NCBI GenBank assembly: GCA_041496385.1
Contig: JBGQEL010000113.1
Span: 1-14,312, forward strand
DNA: 14,312 nt
Direction: 5' to 3'
Source of the DNA: Candidatus Methylomirabilia bacterium
GTDB taxonomy: Bacteria; Methylomirabilota; Methylomirabilia; Rokubacteriales; CSP1-6
In this document: piece by piece, positions 7,401-14,246 of the stretch
Layout: each line of letters opens with the position of its first letter
Position numbering within the stretch: position 1 is the stretch's first letter
The notes under the pieces: model-generated
Told to the model about the DNA's origin: nothing
Database searches by the model: none
What the model saw: only the letters and a program-made list of their open reading frames with translations
Position numbers and translations under genes: made by a program

Positions 7401-7843
7401 CCCGCCGCGTCGACCGCGATGCCGCGCGGTCCGTTCACCCGAGCGCTGGTGGCCGGACCGCCATCGCCTTCGAAGCCGAGAACGCCGTTGCCCGCGACGG
7501 TCGTGATGATCCCGGTGGCGGCCGTCACCTTGCGGATCCGGTTGAAGGCATAGTCCGTGAAGAAGACGTTGCCCGCGCCGTCGACGGCGACTCCGAACGG
7601 GTAGTTCAGGTAGGCGGTCGTGGCCGGTCCGCCGTCCCCGGTGTTATCCTGCCCGCCCGCCATGGTCACGATGATCCCGCTTACGCCCGACGCCTCCCGG
7701 ACAGGGCCGCAGACGACGAGGATCAGGCTCAACGCGGCGAGCGCGGGGCACGCCAGCTCCCTGCCCGCGCATCGTCGTACGATCCCGCGGCTTGTTGCGC
7801 GGAAGCCTTCGGCGGGACTCAGGGCTCGTTCTATCCTCAGCAT
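4409..7843 (-). CDS. Large secreted NHL-repeat (double beta-propeller) protein with Ig-like domain, three Cys-rich repeats and a C-terminal triple-motif domain
   Basis: 1144-aa ORF with a hydrophobic signal segment (LAALSLILVVCG..ASG). It contains 12 PxG(V/L)AVDxxGNLFI blades, 10 of them preceded by GDGG(P/S)A; an Ig-like FSCQLD..PCSSP..HSFQVTATD domain; three LTV..G.G.G.V.S.P.GIACGATC.ASY..VTLT....GS.F..W.GGGC repeats (InlB B-repeat-like/Flg_new-like); and a C-terminal AxHxxELR x3. Exact start codon is uncertain. Confidence 0.88.
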   Translation of the reverse strand: MLRIERALSPAEGFRATSRGIVRRCAGRELACPALAALSLILVVCGPVREASGVSGIIVTMAGGQDNTGDGGPATTAYLNYPFGVAVDGAGNVFFTDYAFNRIRKVTAATGIITTVAGNGVLGFEGDGGPATSARVNGPRGIAVDAAGNLFIADTNNSRVRKVAAGIGIITTVAGTGALGFSGDGGPATSALLNLPSGVAVDAAGNLLIADSSNSRLRMVAAGTGIITTVAGSVYGFGGDGGPAVNAFLSLPYGVAIDTAGNLFIADYGDNRVRMITAATGVITTVAGNGNAGFAGDGGSAVSAGLCSPTGVAIHPAGHVLIADFCSNRVRQVTAGTGIISTVALFHNPTGVAVDASGNLLIVEAALSRVRRVAADTGIVTLFAGNDNSDFAGDGGPATSARLSRMQGVAVDTAGNLFIADTQNLRVRKVAAGTGIITTRAGNGVAAFDGDGGPATGASLSDRATGLAVDSMGNLFIADTNNERIRRVDAGIGIITTYAGTGVAGFGGDGGPATSAKLFGPSSLAVDAADNLFIGDAGNKRIRRVDAATGIITTIIGNVFVDGLAVDAAGNVFIADAGLHRIQKLAAGNGSLTIIAGHSGVSGFAGDGGPATDALLACPAGLAVDAAGNLFIVDECNIRIRMIAAGSGIITTVAGSNNSGSGGDGGPATAAQLSDPTGVAVAATGDLFIADSGNNHRVRAVALHVTAPPPVIVSGPTNPTAATVASLAFASTEPGVVHFSCQLDTAGFSPCSSPRSYGSLASGGHSFQVTATDQFGDTSAPTTYTWTVTGLVALTVVRQGTGSGSVVSAPAGIACGATCSASYEAGTIVTLTATPEAGSVFTGWNGGGCGGSGVCVVGMTGATLVMANFSQIFTLTVAGAGTGAGTIASAPAGIACGATCAASYATGTMVTLTGTASAGSIFSGWDGGGCSGTGGCVITLTSATTVTATFSAAPLPLTVTVAGAGAGLVTSLPGGIACGATCAASYSLGAMVTLTATPDPGSAFVSWSGGGCGSARTCVVSLATPTAVTATFGVAGPFTFGDPNITGGLSIIKAVHVTEARAAINAARLQRGMAAFSFSDADLAAGHMVVKATHISELRTALGEIYSMLGAAAPSYTDPVIGVGTTPVRAAHIRELRYQVETLP
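4750..5465 (-). repeat. Three tandem Cys-rich beta-sandwich repeats (about 78 aa each)
   Basis: GIACGATC(S/A)ASY occurs three times, each followed by VTLT(A/G)T...GS.F.(G/S)W.GGGC....C(V)(V/I). Four Cys per repeat. Boundaries are approximate. Confidence 0.88.
5740..7680 (-). repeat. 12 intragenic NHL-type repeats (mostly about 56 aa / 168 nt)
   Basis: Recurring GIITTVAG.G..GF.GDGGPAT.A.L..P.GVAVD.AGNLFIAD..N.RVR in the translation, and recurring gtgatgatcc / gcgatgaagagg in the DNA. Boundaries are approximate. Confidence 0.9.
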
Positions 7844-7851
7844 CGTCAGGT

Positions 7852-7892
7852 ACTATAGAGGCTACTAAGGATACTCCCTTGCGGGCTAGAAT
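7852..7892. promoter_or_regulatory. Divergent -10 elements in AT-richer intergenic region
   Basis: TATAGT on the minus strand (7857-7852), 8 nt upstream of ATG 7843. TAGAAT on the plus strand (7887-7892), upstream of the cupin gene. Confidence 0.5.
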
Positions 7893-7930
7893 ATCATCGT
7901 CGACCCCGAAGGTCGGGAGGAGGTCAGCGC

Positions 7931-8431
7931 ATGGCGCACACGCTCGAACAGTTCTCGGCCGGCTGTCACCGCATCCTCACGGACGATCCCGGTCCCACGG
8001 GCCGCGCGAAGGTGTGCGCGCTCGTCCAGGAGGTGCTCGCGGACGGCGCGTTCGTCGCGGCGCATCTGGGCGACGACGTGCCCGAGCGCAAGATCCTCTA
8101 CGAGGACCCGCAGCTCGGCTTCTGCATTCTCGCCCACGTCTACCGGGGCGCCAAGGAGAGCCAGCCCCACGATCACGGCCCGACCTGGGCGATCTACGGC
8201 CAGGCGCGCGGGGAGACCGTGATGAGCGACTGGACGGTCCTCGAGCCCGCGGCCGAGAACAAGGCCGGCAAGGTGCGCCACACCAGAAGCTATACGCTGA
8301 CGCCCGGCATGGCGCACGTCTACCACGAGGGCGCCGTCCACTCCCCGCGCCGCGACGGCCCGACGCGCCTGATCCGCATCGAGGGCCGGAACGTGGAGAA
8401 GCTCCGCCGCTTCGCCTACGAGAAGGCCTGA
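7931..8431 (+). CDS. Cysteine dioxygenase-like cupin metalloprotein (function unknown)
   Basis: Strong RBS GGAGGAGG at 7916-7923. PHDHG..WAIYG...G.T and L.PG......GAVH give a 3-His set (H80, H82, H137) typical of the thiol dioxygenase/RmlC cupin fold. Confidence 0.75.
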   Translation: MAHTLEQFSAGCHRILTDDPGPTGRAKVCALVQEVLADGAFVAAHLGDDVPERKILYEDPQLGFCILAHVYRGAKESQPHDHGPTWAIYGQARGETVMSDWTVLEPAAENKAGKVRHTRSYTLTPGMAHVYHEGAVHSPRRDGPTRLIRIEGRNVEKLRRFAYEKA

Positions 8432-8443
8432 CGACGACGGCCG

Positions 8444-9820
8444 CTAGAGCTGGCCCCCGTCTCCCCAGGCCTCGATCAGCTTGAGGTAGGCGGGGTCGTC
8501 GTACCGGTCGAGCCGGAACGCGGGCGCGTAGCGCGGGAGCGGCCGCCCGGTGATGTGGTCGGCGAGGAGATCGGCCGCGCCGTTGGATGACATGAGCCCG
8601 TAGCCCGAGAGCCCGCCGAGCAGGTACGCGCCCTCGACGGGCAGCGGGCACGCCAGGAAGCGGTTCTCGCGCGTCTTCGTATAATAGCCGCCGTCGACGA
8701 CGCAGCGGGGCAGGCGCGGGAAGTAGCCGGCGAGCGCCGGGACCACGCGCGACATCCCGCGCAGCGCGATCTCGCCGTACGCGGGATCGAACTCCATCGG
8801 GAACACCGGCTCCACCGGCTCGACCTCGTAGGTCCAGATGAGCAGCACCACGGGACTCTCCCCCGCGCCCTCGGGCCGGCCGTGGACGCCCGCGGGGAAC
8901 TCGTCGAGGAGCCGGCAGTGCTCCGGCGAGTGCCTGAATTCCGCGCGCTCCTCGTCCGACCACGGCAGGCGAACCGGATCGGTCCAGATCGTCATCGGCG
9001 CCTCGCGCGGCATCGCGCGCAGCGTGTCGTTGAACGCGACCTTCCCGTGCCGCTCGCAGTACAGGGGCAGCTCGACGCCGAGGAGGCGCCCCACCCGCCC
9101 GGCGTACGGCCCCGCGGCGTTGACGAAGCGCGGCGTCGCGATCGTGGCGGCGCCGTCGCGCGCGCCGACCGTCACCGCGCGCACCCGGCCGCCCGTCGTG
9201 TCCACGGCCTCCACCCGCCCCTCGACGAGCCGCACGCCCTTGTCGCGCGCGCGCTCGAGCAGGTACATGCCGAGCTGCTGGCCGCTGAACCACCCGCAGC
9301 GGCGCGCGTGGAGCAGCGCGACGGTGTTCCGGGCGAGCCAGGGGAAGTGCCGGTGGATGAGCGCGGGCTCGGTGATGACGTCCGCGCCCGTCGGCTGGCC
9401 CTCGAAGCCGTCGGCCGGCGCCGGCCGGTAGTCGCTCGACGGGCTCGCGTGCAGCCGCACGGGCCCGGAGCCGAGCCGCGCGCCCTCCTCGGCGCGGCGC
9501 ACGAACGCGGGCACGCGCGTGGGATCGGCCGTGGCGAAGAGATAGCCGCGCCGGTTCATCAGGAAGGCGTTGCCGCTCTCGCGCGCCAGCTCCTCGAGGA
9601 GGTCGATGCTCCGGTTCATGAGGGCGACCATCGCATCGTCGGGCCCGGGCCACCAGTTCCGGTAGCACTCGGTGGACTTGTCGCTCGTCAGTGTGAGCGG
9701 CGGGCGCTCGTCCACCAGCACGACCCCCGTCACGCCGCGCCGCACGGCCAGGTGATACGCGGCGGCGATCCCGGCGATGCCCGCCCCGCAGATGACGACC
9801 TCGGCGGTCTTCGGGCTCAT
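8444..9820 (-). CDS. FAD-dependent oxidoreductase (DAO/glycine oxidase/sarcosine oxidase beta-like)
   Basis: ATG 9820 overlaps the upstream stop (ATGA), giving 458 aa. Rossmann motif VVICGAGIAG, FVNAAGPYA, and C-terminal GLSGYGLM..GAADLLADHI.G and AFRLDRY. Confidence 0.9.
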   Translation of the reverse strand: MSPKTAEVVICGAGIAGIAAAYHLAVRRGVTGVVLVDERPPLTLTSDKSTECYRNWWPGPDDAMVALMNRSIDLLEELARESGNAFLMNRRGYLFATADPTRVPAFVRRAEEGARLGSGPVRLHASPSSDYRPAPADGFEGQPTGADVITEPALIHRHFPWLARNTVALLHARRCGWFSGQQLGMYLLERARDKGVRLVEGRVEAVDTTGGRVRAVTVGARDGAATIATPRFVNAAGPYAGRVGRLLGVELPLYCERHGKVAFNDTLRAMPREAPMTIWTDPVRLPWSDEERAEFRHSPEHCRLLDEFPAGVHGRPEGAGESPVVLLIWTYEVEPVEPVFPMEFDPAYGEIALRGMSRVVPALAGYFPRLPRCVVDGGYYTKTRENRFLACPLPVEGAYLLGGLSGYGLMSSNGAADLLADHITGRPLPRYAPAFRLDRYDDPAYLKLIEAWGDGGQL

Positions 9821-12147
9821 GCGCCTGCCGCGCGCGGCGCCCCGCGGAGCGCGGCCCAGAGGCGCGCGGGCGTGAGCGGCATGTCGAGGTGCGTGACGCC
9901 GAAGGGCGCGAGCGCGTCGACGGCCGCGTTGACGACGGCGGGCGGGATCCCGATGCATCCGGCCTCGCCGAGCCCCTTGGCGCCGAGCGGGTTGCGCGGC
10001 GAGGGCGTGTGCATCTTCTCGATCGTGACCGGCGGCACGTCGTCGGCCCGCGGGATCGCATAGTCCATGAGCGTGCCGCTCAGGAGCTGGCCGTCGCCGT
10101 CGTACACGATGGCCTCGAGCAGCGCCTGGCCGAGCCCCTGCGCGAGGGAGCCGTGGAGCTGGCCCTCGGCGAGCAGCGGATTGATCACGGTGCCGGCGTC
10201 GTCCACCCAGACGAGGCGCTCGATCACGGGCCGACCCGTCTCCGTCTCGATCGAGAGCGCGCAGACGATGCAGCCGAAGCTCCACACCTCGCCCTCGGGC
10301 TGGAAGTAGACGCTCGCCTCGAGCCCGGGCGTCTCACCGGCCGGCAGCTCTCGCCCGCCGGTGTAGGCCGCGAGCGCCACCTCGCGCCAGGTCACGCGCC
10401 GCTGCGGCACGCCCGTCACCTGGAAGCCGCCGGCCACGCCGATCACGTCCGGCGGCGCGGCCTCGAGCAGCCGCGCGGCGATCCGCCGCCCCTTCTCGCG
10501 CACCTCGCCGGCGACGCGCGCGAGCGCGCCGCCGCCGAGCGCGACGCTGCGGCTGCCGAAGGTGCCGAAGCCCTCGGGACCCGAGCGCGTGTCGCCGTGC
10601 ACGACGACCACGTCGTCCGGTGCGACGCCGAGGTGATCGGCGACGACCTGGGCGAACGTCGTCTCGTGGCCCTGTCCGTGCGCGCTCGATCCCGTGATCG
10701 CGGTCACGCGGCCCGAGCGCTCGACCTTGAGGCTCCCGCTCTCCCAGCCGAGCGCGCAGGGCTCGACGTAGGACGCCAGCCCCACGCCGACGATCTCGCC
10801 GCGCGCGCGGCGCGCCGCCTGCGCCTTGCGGAGCGCGGCATAGTCCGCCGCGGCCAGCGCCCGCTCGAGCGCCTCCCCATAGTTGCCCGAGTCGTAGACC
10901 TGACCGGTCACGGTCGTGAACGGGAAGCGGTCGGGCGCGACGAAGTTGCGGCGGCGGATCTCGGCGGGATCGAGCTCGAGGGCGCGCGCCGCCGTGTCCA
11001 TCAGCCGCTCGATGACGAACGTCGCCTCGGGCCGGCCGGCCCCGCGGTACGCCGCCACCGGCGTGGTCGTCGTGAGCGCCCCGGTGACGGTGATGTCGCA
11101 CGCCGGCACGACGTACGCGCCGGGCAGCAGGCGCGCGTGGTTCCACGGCGGCCCGGCGGCGCCGTTCATGAGCGCGGCGCCGAGGGGCGAGACGACGCGC
11201 GCGCGGAGCGCCGCGATGCGCCCGTCGGCGTCCAGCGCCAGCTCGCCCTCGCAGACGGAGCCGCGGGCGTGGTTCGTGGTGATCTGGTCTTCGCCGCGCG
11301 TGGCCACCCACTTCACCGGCCGGCCGATGCGCCGGGCGAGCCAGGCGAGCAGCACCTCCTCGCGATATGGACCGCTCTTCACGCCGAACCCGCCGCCGAC
11401 GTCGGGCGCGATGACGCGCACGCTCGACTCCGGCAGCGCGAGGAGGCGCGCGATCTCCGCGCGGATGCGGAACGGCGCCTGGCAGGAGACCCAGAGCGTC
11501 AGCTCGTCGGTCGAGGCGTCGAAGGCGGCGAGCACGGTACGGGGCTCGAGCGGCACTCCGGACACCCGCGCCTGGGCCACGCGAAGCGAGACCACCCGCG
11601 CCGCCGTCCTGAACGCGGCCGCGGCGTCCCCCTCGCGGAGGGTCCGCACGAAGGCGCGGTTGCCCGGTATCTCGGCGAAGAGCGCCGGCGCGCCGTCGGC
11701 CACGGCGCCCTCGGGCTCGGGCGCCGCTGGCAGCGGCGCGTAGGCCACGCGGACGAGCTCGAGCGCGTCCCGCGCCGCGCGCGGGTCCTCGGCGACGACC
11801 GCGGCGACGGGCGTCCCGGCGGCGTGGACGAGGCCCTCGGCGATGATCGGATGAGGCGGCACTTTCATGCCGGGCATGATCCGGTTCACCGGCATCGGTG
11901 TCAGGTGGCCGACCTCGGCGCCGGTGACGACCATCAACACGCCCGGAGCCCGGCGCGCGCGCTCGACGTCGAGCGAGGTGACGCGCGCGTGGGCGTGAGG
12001 CGAGCGGAGCAGCGCCACGTGGACGCATCCCGGCGGCCGGAGGTCGTCCACGAAGCGCCCGGCGCCGATCAGGAGGCGATGATCCTCGCGCCGCTTGAGG
12101 GGGCGGCCGATCCAGCCGTCGCTCGCGTCTGTCACGGCACTCGGCAT
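9817..12147 (-). CDS. Xanthine dehydrogenase-family molybdopterin-binding large subunit (CoxL form II-like, non-CODH)
   Basis: IGRPLKRREDHRLLIGAGRFVDDL; LRSPHAHAR; APDVGGGFG.K; AYRGAGRPE (11052-11032); HGQGHETTFAQ; INPLLAEGQLHG; NPLGAKGLGEAG. True start may be GTG 12135. Confidence 0.92.
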   Translation of the reverse strand: MPSAVTDASDGWIGRPLKRREDHRLLIGAGRFVDDLRPPGCVHVALLRSPHAHARVTSLDVERARRAPGVLMVVTGAEVGHLTPMPVNRIMPGMKVPPHPIIAEGLVHAAGTPVAAVVAEDPRAARDALELVRVAYAPLPAAPEPEGAVADGAPALFAEIPGNRAFVRTLREGDAAAAFRTAARVVSLRVAQARVSGVPLEPRTVLAAFDASTDELTLWVSCQAPFRIRAEIARLLALPESSVRVIAPDVGGGFGVKSGPYREEVLLAWLARRIGRPVKWVATRGEDQITTNHARGSVCEGELALDADGRIAALRARVVSPLGAALMNGAAGPPWNHARLLPGAYVVPACDITVTGALTTTTPVAAYRGAGRPEATFVIERLMDTAARALELDPAEIRRRNFVAPDRFPFTTVTGQVYDSGNYGEALERALAAADYAALRKAQAARRARGEIVGVGLASYVEPCALGWESGSLKVERSGRVTAITGSSAHGQGHETTFAQVVADHLGVAPDDVVVVHGDTRSGPEGFGTFGSRSVALGGGALARVAGEVREKGRRIAARLLEAAPPDVIGVAGGFQVTGVPQRRVTWREVALAAYTGGRELPAGETPGLEASVYFQPEGEVWSFGCIVCALSIETETGRPVIERLVWVDDAGTVINPLLAEGQLHGSLAQGLGQALLEAIVYDGDGQLLSGTLMDYAIPRADDVPPVTIEKMHTPSPRNPLGAKGLGEAGCIGIPPAVVNAAVDALAPFGVTHLDMPLTPARLWAALRGAPRAAGA

Positions 12148-12155
12148 GGTAGCAT
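12146..12155. promoter_or_regulatory. Overlapping bidirectional extended -10 promoter
   Basis: ATGGTAGCAT reads TGgTAGCAT on the plus strand and TGcTACCAT on the minus strand, in an intergenic gap of under 50 nt between divergent genes. Confidence 0.6.
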
Positions 12156-12182
12156 TGGCCGAGTTTCGAAAGGAGACCGTCC

Positions 12183-13817
12183 ATGAAAGCCGCCGCGGCC
12201 ATCGCCGAGATCCTCAAGCGCGAGGGAGTCAAGTTCCTGATCGGCTATCCCGTCAATCCCATCATCGAGGCCGCCGCCGAGGCCGACATCCGGACGATCA
12301 TCGTCCGTCAGGAGCGCACCGGGCTCCACATGGCCGACGCCGTGAGCCGCATCTCGTCGGGCGAGCGCATCGGCGTCTTCGCCATGCAGCACGGCCCGGG
12401 CTCGGAGAACGCGTTCGGCGGCGTGGCCCAAGCCTACGGCGACTCGGTGCCGATCGTCGTGCTGCCGGGCGGCTACCCGCGGCGGATCACCAACATCCCG
12501 CCCAACTTCAACTCGTTTCTGAACTTCCAGCACATCACGAAATGGTGCGAGCAGGTCATCATGCCCGACGCGGTGGTGGACGCGATGCGCCGGGCCTTCA
12601 CGCAGGTCAAGAACGGACGGCCGCGGCCGGTGCTGATCGAGTTTCCCGTCGATCTCCTGCGCGAAGAGGTGCCGGAGCCGATCCAGTACACGCCGACGCC
12701 CCGGCTGCGCTCGGCGCCCGATCCGCGCGACGTCTCGCGCGTGGCGGAGGCGCTGGTGGCGGCGCAGCGGCCGGTGATCTACGCGGGCCAGGGCGTGCAC
12801 TACGCGCGCGCCTGGCAGGTCCTGCGCGAGCTGGCCGAGCTGCTCGAGGCGCCGGTGACGACGAGCCTCCAGGGCAAGAGCGCGTTCCCGGAGACGCATC
12901 CCCTCTCGCTCGGCTCGGGCGGCCGCTCGATCGGCAAGCACCTCCACCACTTTCTGCAGAACGCGGACCTGATCTTCGGCATCGGCTGCAGCTTCGCGAC
13001 GACCAACTACGGCGTCGCCATGCCGAAGGGCAAGCGCATCGCGCACGCGACGCTCGACCCGACCGACATCAACAAGGACGTCGCCGTGGAGCTGGCGATG
13101 GTCGGCGACGCCGGGCTCACCCTCCAGGCGCTCGTGACCGAGGTGAAGGACCGCCTCAAGGGCGGCCCGCGCGGCCGCTTCTCGGCCGTCACCCAGGAGA
13201 TCAAGAACCTCAAGAGCGAATGGCTGGCGCAGTGGACGCCGCGGCTCACGGCCGACACCACGCCGCTCTCCCCCTACCGCGTGCTCTGGGACCTCATGCA
13301 CACCGTGGACGTCGCGAACACGATCATCACGCACGACGCCGGGAGCCCGCGCGACCAGATCTCGCCGTTCTGGGAGCCCGTCACCCCGCTCAGCTACATC
13401 GGCTGGGGCAAGACGACGCAGCTCGGCTACGGTCTGGGCCTGGCGATGGGCGCCAAGCTCGCGGCGCCCGACAAGCTCTGCGTCAACGTCTGGGGCGACG
13501 CCGCGATCGGCTTCACGGGGATGGACTTCGAGACGGCAGTGCGCGAGCGGATCCCGATCCTCTCGGTGCTGCTCAACAACTTCTCGATGGCCATCGAGCT
13601 CAAGGTCATGAAGACGGCCACCGCGAAGTACCGCAGCACCGACATCAGCGGCGACTACGCGGCCATGGCCCGCGCCTTCGGCGGCCACGGCGAGCGGGTG
13701 ACCGCGCCCGGCGAGATCGTGCCGGCCATCAAGCGCGCGATCCGGAAGACCCAGGAGGGGACGCCCGTGCTCCTGGAATTCATCACCGAGAAGGCGGAAG
13801 ACTTCTCGATGTTCTGA
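12183..13817 (+). CDS. Thiamine diphosphate-dependent enzyme (acetolactate synthase large-subunit-like, uncharacterised subfamily)
   Basis: RBS AAAGGAG. N-terminal catalytic Glu in VRQER..HMAD; HGPG; GRPRPVLIEFPVD; RPVIYAGQG; ThDP motif variant GDAA...ETAVR..IPILSVLLNN. Confidence 0.9.
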   Translation: MKAAAAIAEILKREGVKFLIGYPVNPIIEAAAEADIRTIIVRQERTGLHMADAVSRISSGERIGVFAMQHGPGSENAFGGVAQAYGDSVPIVVLPGGYPRRITNIPPNFNSFLNFQHITKWCEQVIMPDAVVDAMRRAFTQVKNGRPRPVLIEFPVDLLREEVPEPIQYTPTPRLRSAPDPRDVSRVAEALVAAQRPVIYAGQGVHYARAWQVLRELAELLEAPVTTSLQGKSAFPETHPLSLGSGGRSIGKHLHHFLQNADLIFGIGCSFATTNYGVAMPKGKRIAHATLDPTDINKDVAVELAMVGDAGLTLQALVTEVKDRLKGGPRGRFSAVTQEIKNLKSEWLAQWTPRLTADTTPLSPYRVLWDLMHTVDVANTIITHDAGSPRDQISPFWEPVTPLSYIGWGKTTQLGYGLGLAMGAKLAAPDKLCVNVWGDAAIGFTGMDFETAVRERIPILSVLLNNFSMAIELKVMKTATAKYRSTDISGDYAAMARAFGGHGERVTAPGEIVPAIKRAIRKTQEGTPVLLEFITEKAEDFSMF

Positions 13818-13829
13818 GCGTCGGCCGCC

Positions 13830-14237
13830 ATGCGCGCCGTGCGCCGGTCGGTCGTCGCGGGAGCGCTCGGGCTGGCCGTCCTGATCGGCTCGGGATGCGG
13901 GACCGCCGGCACGCCCGGCGCGGTGACGACCACCTTGATGACCGGGTGGGAGCAGTGGTTCACACTGGAGTGGACGGTCGAGTCGGACCGGAACGATACT
14001 CGCCGCATCAGGGGCTACATCGTCAACCGGCACGGACAGGCCGTCGAGCCGCTACGCCTGCTCACGCGAGCCTTCGACGCCTCCGGGGCCGTCGTGGACC
14101 AGCGCATCCAATGGGTGCTGGGCGGCGTCTCCGGCGGCGGGCGCGCCTACTTCGAGATCCCGAAGCTTCCGCCGGCCGCGCGCTACGTGGTGACGGTCTG
14201 GGACTACACGGTCCAGAGTGACAACATCGTGAACTGA
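13830..14237 (+). CDS. Putative lipoprotein with FxLYD-like Ig-fold domain
   Basis: Basic N-terminus, hydrophobic stretch and imperfect lipobox IGSG-C23. IRGYIVN...LRLL..AFDASG.VV and V.GGGRAYFEI resemble FxLYD-type domains. Starts 12 nt after the ThDP gene. Confidence 0.65.
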   Translation: MRAVRRSVVAGALGLAVLIGSGCGTAGTPGAVTTTLMTGWEQWFTLEWTVESDRNDTRRIRGYIVNRHGQAVEPLRLLTRAFDASGAVVDQRIQWVLGGVSGGGRAYFEIPKLPPAARYVVTVWDYTVQSDNIVN

Positions 14238-14246
14238 GCGCGCGGC

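Noticed and set aside
4750..7680. CRISPR array or DGR-like repeats
   Set aside because: The repeats are degenerate, in-frame protein-domain repeats with synonymous variation. There are no identical repeat-spacer units, cas genes or reverse transcriptase.
4409..7843. Teneurin-like or RHS polymorphic toxin, or T6SS effector linked to hcp
   Set aside because: No YD/RHS repeats, PAAR domain, toxin tip or immunity gene. It is separated from hcp by unrelated genes and lies on the opposite strand.
9821..10285. N-terminal extensions given by the ORF track (FAD oxidoreductase from 10285; likewise phnC from 2657, yqeY from 779, trtA from 1969)
   Set aside because: The extensions overlap upstream genes or promoter elements. 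Downstream starts have an RBS or coupled overlaps and coincide with the start of family homology.
9817..12147. Aerobic CO dehydrogenase (form I coxL)
   Set aside because: The active-site loop is AYRGAGR, not AYxCSFR, and there are no coxM/S or accessory cox genes.
361..14221. Many long alternative-frame ORFs (e.g. 361-1335 +, 1855-3606 -, 4448-5824 +, 7977-10061 -, 9889-12186 +, 10334-12232 -, 12095-14221 +, 12132-14033 -)
   Set aside because: These are Arg/Ala/Gly/Pro-rich shadow ORFs overlapping well-supported genes. They are expected in high-GC DNA with few stop codons and show no recognisable motifs.
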